Assembly (NCBI GenBank): GCA_010027485.1
Contig: RGVC01000001.1
Coordinates: forward strand, 1-39,778
Direction of reading: 5' to 3'
DNA: 39,778 nucleotides
Source: a bacterium
Lineage (GTDB): Bacteria; Patescibacteriota; Saccharimonadia; Saccharimonadales; UBA4665
The notes below the pieces were generated by a model. It ran no database searches and was not told the DNA's origin. It was given only the letters and a program-made list of their open reading frames with translations. The translations under genes were made by a program, and so were the position numbers. Shown piece after piece: positions 1 to 8,207 of the stretch (position 1 is the first letter of the stretch; every line of letters starts with the position of its first letter).

Positions 1-1295
1 CTCAAGGAACGCTGGCTTCACAGTTACTGGGTTTCGTCGATGATGAGGGTAATGGCAAATATGGCATAGAACAGTATCTGAATAAGGAATTAAGAGGTGT
101 AGACGGTAAATTAAAAGCCATCACTGATGCCAACGGAGTGCCTCTCGCGGCAAGTAATAGCAATGTTAAGAAATCACCAAAGAACGGAAATAATTTAGTC
201 CTTACTGTCGATCTAGCATTACAGCAAAAACTCGAAAGTATATTGGTTGATGGTATCAAAAATTCCAAGGCTGCCTCGGGCAGTGCTTTAATACTCGATG
301 CCAATACCGGCGCCGTGAAGGCAATGGCTAATTCTCCTACTTATGACCCGGCTAAATACTACGAAGTAGAAAACGGTGAGCTGTTTTCTAATTCTGCCGT
401 GGCCCATCCAATTGAAATAGGATCAACTATGAAACCTCTGACCACCGCAGCAGGGCTAGACAAAGGATCATACAATGCCAAAACAACTTATTACGACCCA
501 GCTTCTTGGACAGTTAATGAATTTAAAATTAAAAATATCGAAGAAGACGGCGGGGCAGGCACCCGAAGCATAGCTGATATCTTAAATCTTTCATTAAATA
601 CCGGAGCAACTTGGGAGCTTATGCAAATGGGTGGTGGTCAGATAAATAGCAAGGCTAGAGAAACATGGTACGACTACATGACCAAACACTTCATGTTCGG
701 TAAACAAACAGGCATAGAGCAAGGGTATGAAGCTTCGGGTATTGTTCCAAGTCCCAAAGAAAACGGTGCTGGCATAAATTTGACCTATGCCAATACTAGT
801 TTTGGCCAGGCTATGACGGCTACTCCAATACAGCTAGCTTCTGCCACAGCTGCAATGGTCAACGGCGGTAAGTATTATCGGCCATATCTTGTTGAGCAGA
901 AGACCGATACTAACGGTAACAAAACCTACACCAAGCCCCAAGTTATTAAAAAGGATGTACTCAGCCCTAATGTGTCCAAAGAAATGGTGCCGTTACTAGA
1001 GAATGTAGTCAATAATCATAATTTTGCTAAAAAGTTCGATCAAAGCGCTTTTAGTGTTGGCGGCAAGACCGGTACGGCCCAAATTGCTAAACCAGGTGGC
1101 GGTTATTACGAAGATAAGTTTAACGGTACTTATATGGGTTTTGTGGGTAATGAAAAACCGCAATACGTGATTGTAGTGTTTGTCTTCAAGCCAACAATTG
1201 GCGGTTATGCTGGATCAGCAGCAGCCATGCCAATATTCGGTAACCTGGCTCATATGTTAATTGACGAATCGTATGTTAGCCCGAAGCAAAATTAA
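1..1295 (+). CDS. ftsI: Class B penicillin-binding protein / peptidoglycan D,D-transpeptidase (FtsI/PBP2-like), 5'-truncated by the window edge
   Basis: Frame 3 is open from base 3 (..QLLGFVDDEGNGKYGIEQYLNKELRGVDGK..), so the Met at 138 in the ORF track is internal. Transpeptidase motifs SxxK (STMKP), SxN (SLNTG) and KTG (GGKTGTA) are present. It heads an mraY-ftsW-murG cluster. Confidence 0.85.
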   Translation, partial: QGTLASQLLGFVDDEGNGKYGIEQYLNKELRGVDGKLKAITDANGVPLAASNSNVKKSPKNGNNLVLTVDLALQQKLESILVDGIKNSKAASGSALILDANTGAVKAMANSPTYDPAKYYEVENGELFSNSAVAHPIEIGSTMKPLTTAAGLDKGSYNAKTTYYDPASWTVNEFKIKNIEEDGGAGTRSIADILNLSLNTGATWELMQMGGGQINSKARETWYDYMTKHFMFGKQTGIEQGYEASGIVPSPKENGAGINLTYANTSFGQAMTATPIQLASATAAMVNGGKYYRPYLVEQKTDTNGNKTYTKPQVIKKDVLSPNVSKEMVPLLENVVNNHNFAKKFDQSAFSVGGKTGTAQIAKPGGGYYEDKFNGTYMGFVGNEKPQYVIVVFVFKPTIGGYAGSAAAMPIFGNLAHMLIDESYVSPKQN

Positions 1296-1335
1296 TGATA
1301 AAAAATGATATAATTTAAAGATATAGGAACCAAAA

Positions 1336-2373
1336 ATGGACACAATTAGTTTAAGTATTACAGCCGATAACCTGAAGATGATATTGTCTCTTGGTTTTTT
1401 GAGTTTCTTGGTTTGTATGGCATTAACTCCGCTTTACACCACTATTGCCTATAAAAGACAGTGGTGGAAAAAGCAGCGTACCGAGGCATGGGGCGGGGGC
1501 AAGGCGCCAGTCTATCAGAAATTACATGCTGCCAAACACAAACGTAACATTCCAACCATGGCTGGACTTATATTTGTGATTGCTATAGCCGCTGTTACAC
1601 TTGTTTCTAATCTCAGTAGAGGCGAAACGTGGCTACCTCTAGCTGGCCTTATTGCCGCAGCATTTATAGGTCTTCTAGATGATTTAACAAATATCCGCAG
1701 TACCGGCGGCGTTGCTGGCATGGCCGCTAAAACCAAATTTATTTTATATAGCTTAATTATTTTTGCTGGTGGTTGGTGGTTCTGGGACAAGCTAGATGTT
1801 AGCTCTATTTATTTACCAGGCTTAGGCCAGTGGCATATTGGTTTTTTGATTATACCTCTGTTTTGGCTAGTAGTTATCGCTACAGCTAATTCCGTTAATA
1901 TAACTGATGGCCTTGATGGTCTAGCAGGTGGGCTACTAACTTCGTCATTCACGGCTTACGCCATAATTGCGGCCGTTGAACATAAATTTGCACTTGCAGG
2001 ATTCTGTTTAACGGTAGTCGGGGCCTTGCTGAGCTATACCTGGTTCAATATATATCCAGCTCGTTTTTTGATGGGAGACGTTGGGTCTTTTGCTCTGGGT
2101 ACTTCACTCGGCATAATTGCGCTTATGACAGATACAGTCTATGTCCTACCAATTATTGGTGCTGTTTATGTCATGGAGACTGGGTCGGTTATTGTCAATC
2201 GTCTTTCTCGTAAGTTCAGAAATGGCAAAAAAGTCTTTTTATCTTCTCCTATACATCATCACTTCGAGGCAATTGGTTGGCCCGAAACAAAAGTTACCAT
2301 GCGCTTTTGGATATTAGGACAGATGTTTACAGTAGTCGGATTAATCATATTCATTATTGGGCGATCAGGCTGA
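1336..2373 (+). CDS. mraY: Phospho-N-acetylmuramoyl-pentapeptide transferase
   Basis: Multi-pass hydrophobic protein with the characteristic NSVNITDGLDGLAGG block and a HHHFE motif. It has the dcw-cluster position. Confidence 0.93.
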   Translation: MDTISLSITADNLKMILSLGFLSFLVCMALTPLYTTIAYKRQWWKKQRTEAWGGGKAPVYQKLHAAKHKRNIPTMAGLIFVIAIAAVTLVSNLSRGETWLPLAGLIAAAFIGLLDDLTNIRSTGGVAGMAAKTKFILYSLIIFAGGWWFWDKLDVSSIYLPGLGQWHIGFLIIPLFWLVVIATANSVNITDGLDGLAGGLLTSSFTAYAIIAAVEHKFALAGFCLTVVGALLSYTWFNIYPARFLMGDVGSFALGTSLGIIALMTDTVYVLPIIGAVYVMETGSVIVNRLSRKFRNGKKVFLSSPIHHHFEAIGWPETKVTMRFWILGQMFTVVGLIIFIIGRSG

Positions 2374-2400
2374 AACTAATCATAAAATAAAAACAAAAAA

Positions 2401-3645
2401 ATGAGACCACAAAATACAATTAGACACAGACAACGACAACCACTTTTCACTAGTCAATTATCGCTGGGTAGAAAACACCGCCCTGACTATTCTGTGCTTA
2501 TTCTATCGATTACTTTACTAGTAATTGGTCTAGTCCTTGTTTATGCGCTTGGACCGGCTCTAGGGGCCTCAAAACACGTCAGTAACTCATTTTTCTTGAA
2601 TCGCCAGATAATTGCCATTGCACTTAGCCTCATTGCTTTCTTAATCGCCGCTAAGGTGCCGTTTGAATGGTGGCGTCAGGTTTACAAACCCTTGCTAGGG
2701 ATTGCTATAATCGCCACAATGATAGCGCTTCTTATGCCAGTTAACCCAGCCTATCCGGCACACCGCTGGGTGCGTCTAGGAAGTTTATCTTTTCAGTCCG
2801 TAGAACTAGTTAAGTTTGCAGTAATGATATGGATGGCAGGATTTCTATCAGAGTGTATTGCCAGGGGACAAATCACCAATTTCAAAGCCGCTCAACAGCC
2901 TATAATAATCGCTCTTGGGGCAATTGCCTTAGTTGTAGCAGGTATTCAAAGTGACCTTGGCTCTTTTGGCGTAATTGCTTTAATGGCTTTATCGATGTTG
3001 ATGGTTGCGGGCGTCCCGCTAAAAAAGATTTTTATCTTTGGAGCCATAGGCCTAGTGGTTGGTTCGTTATTTATTATGTCTACTCCTTATCGTCGCTCAC
3101 GTATCGAAACCTTCATAAACCCATCAGCTAAATGCCAGACAACAGGCTATCAGGCTTGTCAGGCCTTAATTACAGTCGGTTCTGGTGGCATAGTTGGATT
3201 AGGTCTAGGGGGCAGTGTCCAGGCTTATGGTTATCTTCCAGAAGCAGCCAACGATTCTATATTCGCAATATACGCCGAAAAGTTTGGCCTAATAGGTTGT
3301 TGGATCTTGTTGGCATTATTTGTTTGGCTTTTTTCTAAAATTAAATTTATTGCTGAAATGTCGACCGACAATTTTACACGCCTAATTGTAGTTGGCGTAT
3401 TGACTTGGCTGAGCGTGCAATCAGCAGTTAATATTGGCGCCATGTTAGGCCTGGCACCCCTGAAAGGAATCACACTACCGTTTATAAGCTACGGCGGTAC
3501 CAGTGTTGTGTTTATAGCGCTTGCCATGGGCTTAGTGTTCCAAGCCTCGCAGTACACAGCTTTTAGCGCCACTCGAGAAAATTCATCTAATCCACGCCGT
3601 CCACATTTACAAAGTAATCGACCTAACAGAGGCATGAATCAGTGA
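2401..3645 (+). CDS. ftsW: SEDS-family peptidoglycan glycosyltransferase / lipid II flippase-type protein (FtsW/RodA)
   Basis: Polytopic membrane protein with SEDS-like blocks (LPEAANDSIFA, PLKGITLPFISYGGTS). It lies between mraY and murG. Confidence 0.85.
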   Translation: MRPQNTIRHRQRQPLFTSQLSLGRKHRPDYSVLILSITLLVIGLVLVYALGPALGASKHVSNSFFLNRQIIAIALSLIAFLIAAKVPFEWWRQVYKPLLGIAIIATMIALLMPVNPAYPAHRWVRLGSLSFQSVELVKFAVMIWMAGFLSECIARGQITNFKAAQQPIIIALGAIALVVAGIQSDLGSFGVIALMALSMLMVAGVPLKKIFIFGAIGLVVGSLFIMSTPYRRSRIETFINPSAKCQTTGYQACQALITVGSGGIVGLGLGGSVQAYGYLPEAANDSIFAIYAEKFGLIGCWILLALFVWLFSKIKFIAEMSTDNFTRLIVVGVLTWLSVQSAVNIGAMLGLAPLKGITLPFISYGGTSVVFIALAMGLVFQASQYTAFSATRENSSNPRRPHLQSNRPNRGMNQ

Positions 3646-4805
3646 AAAAACCCATAATCGTTCTAACAGGTGGCGGCTCGGGTGGGCACATAACTCCTAT
3701 CTTGGCGGTGGCTGCTGAAATTAAAAATAAACAACCCGATTGCAAGCTCATTTACATCGGTCAAACAGGCGACCCTCTAGGAGATTTACCGTCTAAAGAC
3801 GTCAATATCGATAAAACATATACAGTCAGAGCAGGGAAGTATCGTCGTTATCACGGCCAAGGAGTTAAACGGTTTTTTGATATTAAAACTTTGATCCTAA
3901 ATACTAGAGACATTTTTTACATATTAGCAGGCCTTTTTCAAAGTTATTTTTTAATTCGTAAACTCCGACCAGATGTAATTTTTAGCAGGGGAGGGTATGT
4001 CAGTGTCCCGGTGTGCATTGGCGGTAAACTTAACAACGTTTCTTATATTACTCACGACTCCGATAGTATCCCGAGTTTAGCTAATCGTTTGATTGCAAGA
4101 TGGGCAACATGGCACGCCGTGGCTCTACCGGCTAACATCTATCCTTACCCAAAAGCTAAAACTATCACCGTTGGAGTGCCAATTAATCAAGAATATAAAA
4201 CAGTTAGTGCTGAGCAAAAATTAAGCTTCATGTCCGAAATTGGAGTACCAAAAAATAGCCAGATACTGCTTGTAACTGGTGGCGGAAATGGTGCAGAAAA
4301 TCTCAATAGTTCCATTGTTAACTGTAGTCATGAACTTCTTAGTAAATATCCTAGCCTTTATATAGTTCATTTTGCTGGTCGAAGTTTATTAGATTCAGTC
4401 AAAAATGACTATCAAGCTGTTTTGAGTCCAGATCAGTTTAAAAGAATTAAGGTTTTTGGTTATGCTACTGATCACTACAAATACAGCGGCGCTGCCGATT
4501 TAATTGTTGCCAGAGGCGGAGCTACAAGTTTGGCAGAAATTGCGGCCCAGGCTAAACCTTGCATAGTAATCCCTTCACCACAGTTAATCTGGAATGTTAA
4601 AAACGCTCAAACTCTAGAAAAAATGCATTCAGCCATACTCTTGCAGGAGAAGAACCTTAAACACGGCAGTTTGCTCGCCGAAAAAGTTTCCGAGCTTCTA
4701 AACGATCAAAGTCTGCAAAAAGAACTATCTAAAAATATTCATTCCTTATCTAAACCGCAGGCCGCTAATGATCTTGCGAATTTAATAATTAAATCAACCA
4801 ACTGA
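3642..4805 (+). CDS. murG: UDP-N-acetylglucosamine--N-acetylmuramyl-(pentapeptide) pyrophosphoryl-undecaprenol GlcNAc transferase
   Basis: N-terminal GGGSGGHITP glycine loop and GT28-like C-terminal half (VARGGATSLAE). The GTG start overlaps the ftsW TGA stop (GTGA at 3642-3645). Confidence 0.9.
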   Translation: MKKPIIVLTGGGSGGHITPILAVAAEIKNKQPDCKLIYIGQTGDPLGDLPSKDVNIDKTYTVRAGKYRRYHGQGVKRFFDIKTLILNTRDIFYILAGLFQSYFLIRKLRPDVIFSRGGYVSVPVCIGGKLNNVSYITHDSDSIPSLANRLIARWATWHAVALPANIYPYPKAKTITVGVPINQEYKTVSAEQKLSFMSEIGVPKNSQILLVTGGGNGAENLNSSIVNCSHELLSKYPSLYIVHFAGRSLLDSVKNDYQAVLSPDQFKRIKVFGYATDHYKYSGAADLIVARGGATSLAEIAAQAKPCIVIPSPQLIWNVKNAQTLEKMHSAILLQEKNLKHGSLLAEKVSELLNDQSLQKELSKNIHSLSKPQAANDLANLIIKSTN

Positions 4806-4812
4806 ATAATAG

Positions 4813-5727
4813 ATGTTATTTAGCAGAAAAAAACCTACTATATCACGCCAGCGCAAGATTAATGTGCCTCTCAGCCCAAATCCAGAGAATATGGCTAATC
4901 AAACCAGGCGGTCTAGTTTAAATCGCCCAAATACCATAAAGAAAACACCAGCCATGGGCTCTTCGAGCCGCCTCAGGGCTTTTTTAAGCAGACTAGGCGT
5001 ACTGTTATTGATTATTGGACTAGGACTAGTGCTGTACTTCGTAACTAGTTTAAGTGGCCAGCCCAGTGTCAAAGTTGTGCCTAATGACTACCAGCTCCTC
5101 CTTAGAGATCCTGCCATTTACCAACAATACGCTGACCAGTTTCTTGGAAAGTCAGTGTTTAATAAGAGTAAATTAACAATTAACTCAAAAGGCTTAAGTC
5201 GAGATATGACCAAACAATATCCTGAATTAGCCATGGCTTCAGTAAACCTGCCATTATTGTCTAATCGACCAGTTGTCAATGTGGAGGCTGCACCAGTAGC
5301 TTTGATATTAACTAGCTCAAGCGGAGTTTATGCCATTGGCTACAACGGTAAAACACTCGCCTCAACTGACGACATTCCGTCTGTAAGATCAATGCGTCTG
5401 CCAAAAGTCGGTGACTCAGGTGGCATCAATATTGCTCCTGGACAGCAGGCTTTATCATCTTCCAATGTTCACTTTATAGTTAACGCAATCAAAATACTGG
5501 AAGCTAAAGGCTTCAAGGCAACATCGACAAATATCAATAACGCTTCATCAGAGCTAGATATCAATATCGACGCCAAGCCCTATATAATTAAATTTAATTT
5601 ACAAAGTGATACTCCAAAAGAGCAGGTGGGTACACTACTAGCCACACTCAAACAGCTACAAAAAGACAATATCGAACCAACCAAATACATAGACGTTCGT
5701 GTTTCAGGCCGAGCTTATTACCAGTAA
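4813..5727 (+). CDS. ftsQ: FtsQ/DivIB-like bitopic cell-division protein (assigned mainly by position)
   Basis: Basic N-terminus, a single TM (GVLLLIIGLGLVLYFVTSL), then a roughly 220-aa extracytoplasmic domain. It immediately follows murG, as ftsQ usually does. No strong motif was recognised by eye. Confidence 0.55.
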   Translation: MLFSRKKPTISRQRKINVPLSPNPENMANQTRRSSLNRPNTIKKTPAMGSSSRLRAFLSRLGVLLLIIGLGLVLYFVTSLSGQPSVKVVPNDYQLLLRDPAIYQQYADQFLGKSVFNKSKLTINSKGLSRDMTKQYPELAMASVNLPLLSNRPVVNVEAAPVALILTSSSGVYAIGYNGKTLASTDDIPSVRSMRLPKVGDSGGINIAPGQQALSSSNVHFIVNAIKILEAKGFKATSTNINNASSELDINIDAKPYIIKFNLQSDTPKEQVGTLLATLKQLQKDNIEPTKYIDVRVSGRAYYQ

Positions 5728-5740
5728 GCCCCCCGTTATT

Positions 5741-5765
5741 CTACCCCTCTAGTTCGTATTTTGTT
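5741..5765 (+). repeat. Left copy of a direct repeat flanking the non-coding island (CTACCCCTCTA-GTTCGTATTTTGTT)
   Basis: The 14-mer GTTCGTATTTTGTT at 5752-5765 is identical to 6256-6269. The preceding CTACCCCTCTAG (5741-5752) matches CTACCACTCTAC (6214-6225) at 10/12 positions. Confidence 0.6.
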
Positions 5766-5811
5766 CATATAAAATAATTAATCTATTTATGAAAAACATA
5801 TATTAACATAC

Positions 5812-5923
5812 AAAAAACGTGAAATGTCAAAAAAACGTGAAAAACGTGAAAAGGCAGGGGAATAATAAAAATGTGAATAAAACACTAAAAAAGGTATATT
5901 TTCACGACAAAACTGTGGAAAAG
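5812..5923 (+). repeat. Iteron-like array of A-tract/CGTGAAA motifs
   Basis: AAAAACGTGAAA occurs three times (GTG cores at 5819, 5837 and 5846). Two degenerate direct copies are present: AAAATGTGAATAAAA (core 5873) and AAAACTGTGGAAAAG (core 5915). One inverted copy, TTTTCACG, lies at 5899-5906. Confidence 0.6.
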
Positions 5924-6164
5924 TCAAATTGTGTTTAGTATCACATCCAGACACTAGGCTAGTAATGATCCATGTAGCTTATTAATATATAGCAAGATGC
6001 ACGAGAAGAGTAACTAAACCATTTTTATAAAAATACCATCATACATAGAAACACTCCCCTATAACAGGGGTATCAGTAGTCATCTATTAACGCTATATTA
6101 AAGTCGCAAAATATACATTGTGCGACATTGTGTCTATGGCTGGATGGGTGCTCTTCTGCCTATG

Positions 6165-6193
6165 TTGATGGCTCTATTTTCTCTATATATAAT
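6165..6193 (+). promoter_or_regulatory. Candidate sigma-70-type promoter (TTGATG-17 nt-TATAAT) inside a convergent intergenic region
   Basis: TTGATG at 6165-6170, an exact 17-nt spacer, and TATAAT at 6188-6193. It would fire toward, and antisense to, the 3' end of the 6274-6924 gene. Confidence 0.35.
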
Positions 6194-6213
6194 TTTCAAT
6201 TTTTTTTAAAACC

Positions 6214-6269
6214 CTACCACTCTACTATTTGCTAGCCTGCGTTTTTCTATTTTATGTTCGTATTTTGTT
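6214..6269 (+). repeat. Right copy of the direct repeat flanking the non-coding island (split by about 30 nt)
   Basis: CTACCACTCTAC at 6214-6225 and GTTCGTATTTTGTT at 6256-6269. It ends 4 nt before the stop codon of the minus-strand ORF. Confidence 0.6.
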
Positions 6270-6273
6270 TGGT

Positions 6274-6924
6274 TTAGAAACGCGTATAATTTTTGATTTG
6301 ATGGAAACTGCCATAGCCTGCTACTGAAATAGGCGTGGCTTCCTGGATCTCATGCATATCGGCATTGAATGTATGCATCAACCGACTATAAGGATCGTCA
6401 TAATCATCAAAATTATTACAAATAACCCCGGCTAGTAATGATCTGTCTCCTTGGATGCTGTCATTGTAGGTATTCTCACATCTAACAGCCCATGAGTCAT
6501 TTAGGAGCTGATTACCAATAAAACCTAATAACTCGTCATTTAAGGCTTTGATAGGCTGTAATTCGCTGTTTGAGGGGCTTGTTTCTGCATCAGTGATGGT
6601 TTCTAGAAAATAATGACGCCGACTATTTTCTTTCGGGAAATAAGCATCTTGGCTGTCAGGACGATGAATACTGGCTTTGGCCATAATAATGCCAGTTTTT
6701 TGCGCACCTAGGCCGTAAGCTTTATAGATAACGTGAGGATTACTCTCGTCGGCAGCGTATCTAGGCTTCAAATGCATTAATTCAATCAGACGATCTTCGT
6801 AAAAAACACCTTTCAGGTAGAAGCTTGCTTCATCAAATATATCATCTGCAGTTGTTTTCAGACATTCCGGCGCAGTCATATTGTTTTCTGGAATATCGTA
6901 TTCGAAGTATTCTTGGGAGCTCAT
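6274..6924 (-). CDS. Hypothetical acidic cytoplasmic protein (216 aa), no domain recognised
   Basis: Long ORF 42 nt downstream of, and co-oriented with, the sigma-r4/HARE-HTH-like gene. It has no TM segment and no motif I can assign. Confidence 0.6.
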   Translation of the reverse strand: MSSQEYFEYDIPENNMTAPECLKTTADDIFDEASFYLKGVFYEDRLIELMHLKPRYAADESNPHVIYKAYGLGAQKTGIIMAKASIHRPDSQDAYFPKENSRRHYFLETITDAETSPSNSELQPIKALNDELLGFIGNQLLNDSWAVRCENTYNDSIQGDRSLLAGVICNNFDDYDDPYSRLMHTFNADMHEIQEATPISVAGYGSFHQIKNYTRF

Positions 6925-6966
6925 GGCGATTCTTTGGCGGGTTTTTTGATTAGACTTTTGCTTAGT

Positions 6967-8022
6967 TTAGCTAGCTAAGACTTCTTCGTCGATAGTGTAT
7001 GTAGCTTTAGCTACACGTTTGAATTGGTCTTTGCCTTGTAAGTTTAATAATATAGTAGTTTCTTTTACGAAACGACTCTTGAGTACTCGTTTGACGATTT
7101 CGTCTCTGTGAAGTGGCTCGCTAGCTTCTTTCAGTACCTCTGTAATCATATCTGCTACAGTGCCCTTTTTGTAGCCCCACTCTTTTAGTGCATAAATGCC
7201 TCGACCGATTAGTACGAAGCGGCTATCTTTGATAAGTTCGTTGTGGATGGCTTGAGTGGTAACGTCTTTACGCTTGAAGTCACTTTCTTTGATGGCTTCA
7301 GCGATTTCATTAAAGTGCATTTGACTGCCGTTTTCTTTGAGAATAACGTAGATTTTATCGCGAATGTTCTTAGGGTTGACTAATGGCCATTTGGTTAGTC
7401 CCCAGCGACCATTAAGCGTAGCAAGCTTCTTAGATAAACTGGCTAGGGCTGCTGCCTTGACTGGTTGGTCAATTTTGGCTGCAACGGCGATCTCTTCGAT
7501 TGGTAGCGGTTCGCCTAGGGCTTTTACGCTGTCAATTAGGCTGTTAATTTGTTTTTTAATATTACTCTCGCTGTATACTTTGGCGATAGCTGCACCGCTG
7601 TAGAAATTGTCGTCTTCGGATATGAAACTGAGCTTACTGCAGAGCTGGCATAAGAAGGCTATTCTGGACTGTTCTTCCCTGTCGGTGTTGCCTGTAAGTT
7701 GGTTGGTAATCACCTTGATTCTTGCGGAATCTCCACTGCCTTCTAACATAGTAATAATCTGACTTTCAAAGTCTGCTAGATGAGGCAAACTACCCTTCTC
7801 CGCTGTTTGACGTAGTTTAATAAGCACTGATTTTTCTAGTTGTCTAACTCTTTCCCTGGTAATGCCGAGCATTTCTCCAATTTGTTCTAGAGTTTCTTTA
7901 CGATCGAATAAACCAAAACGCCGCCCAATAATTTCTTGTTCTCTTTCTCTGTCTATAGAGGCTAAAATGTCTCTAACTATGTTTTCGGAACTAAACTGTG
8001 GGGTTGTTGCGGTTTCTGTCAT
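6967..8022 (-). CDS. DNA-binding protein with an N-terminal sigma-70 region-4-like HTH and C-terminal HARE-HTH-like winged-helix repeats; no sigma region 2
   Basis: Residues about 25-70 (EREQEIIGRRFGL..TLEQIGEMLGITRERVRQLEKSVLIKLR) match the sigma70 r4 pattern. The C-terminus (IYVILKENGSQMHFNEIAEAI..IHNELIKDSRFVLIGRGIYALKEWGY, then ITEVLKEASEPLHRDEIVKRVL) resembles the HARE-HTH of the RNAP delta subunit. No region 2 -10-recognition block is seen. Confidence 0.65.
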   Translation of the reverse strand: MTETATTPQFSSENIVRDILASIDREREQEIIGRRFGLFDRKETLEQIGEMLGITRERVRQLEKSVLIKLRQTAEKGSLPHLADFESQIITMLEGSGDSARIKVITNQLTGNTDREEQSRIAFLCQLCSKLSFISEDDNFYSGAAIAKVYSESNIKKQINSLIDSVKALGEPLPIEEIAVAAKIDQPVKAAALASLSKKLATLNGRWGLTKWPLVNPKNIRDKIYVILKENGSQMHFNEIAEAIKESDFKRKDVTTQAIHNELIKDSRFVLIGRGIYALKEWGYKKGTVADMITEVLKEASEPLHRDEIVKRVLKSRFVKETTILLNLQGKDQFKRVAKATYTIDEEVLAS

Positions 8023-8064
8023 AATGCTTATTCTTCCCTGTTAATAATATGTCTTATAACTATT

Positions 8065-8093
8065 ATTATAGTACTATTTAATATAATTGTCAA
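8065..8093 (-). promoter_or_regulatory. Consensus sigma-70 promoter for the 6967-8022 gene
   Basis: The minus strand reads TTGACA (8093-8088), 17 nt, TATAAT (8070-8065). That is a perfect consensus and lies about 40 nt upstream of the ATG at 8022. Confidence 0.7.
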
Positions 8094-8104
8094 TTTTATA
8101 TGAA

Positions 8105-8140
8105 CTACAATAATATTGTAGCACAAAACTGACAGTTTTG
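8105..8140. promoter_or_regulatory. Two adjacent perfect 17-bp palindromes (8-1-8): CTACAATA-A-TATTGTAG and CAAAACTG-A-CAGTTTTG
   Basis: They lie at 8105-8121 and 8124-8140, between the topA stop (8208) and the -35 of the downstream promoter (12 nt away). They are either topA terminator hairpins or operator sites. Confidence 0.5.
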
Positions 8141-8207
8141 CGTAGTCTATGGTATGGGAATACTACAAGAGCACTATTTCATTATGTTGCAAGGCCTAGC
8201 TAAAGTT

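Noticed and set aside
5860-5925. DnaA-box-like 9-mers (TGTGAATAA at 5872-5880, TGTGGAAAA at 5914-5922) in an AT-rich region, suggesting oriC.
   Set aside because: There are only two boxes, each with one mismatch, and both fit the local CGTGAAA-type repeat family. No dnaA or dnaN is nearby, and a convergent gene junction is an unusual place for an origin. This is kept only as part of the island finding.
6144-6209. A 21-codon hydrophobic micro-ORF (MGALLPMLMALFSLYIIFNFF), a possible type I toxin-like peptide.
   Set aside because: It has no Shine-Dalgarno sequence and no convincing upstream promoter. The best promoter in the region lies inside it. AT-rich sequence readily yields short Phe/Ile/Leu-rich ORFs. 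It is not supportable without conservation or Ribo-seq data.
6230-6270. A possible XerC/D dif site (TTATGTT.. arm) at the convergent gene junction.
   Set aside because: Only the TTATGTT heptamer resembles the XerD arm. The expected XerC arm and the 11-6-11 dyad geometry are not present.
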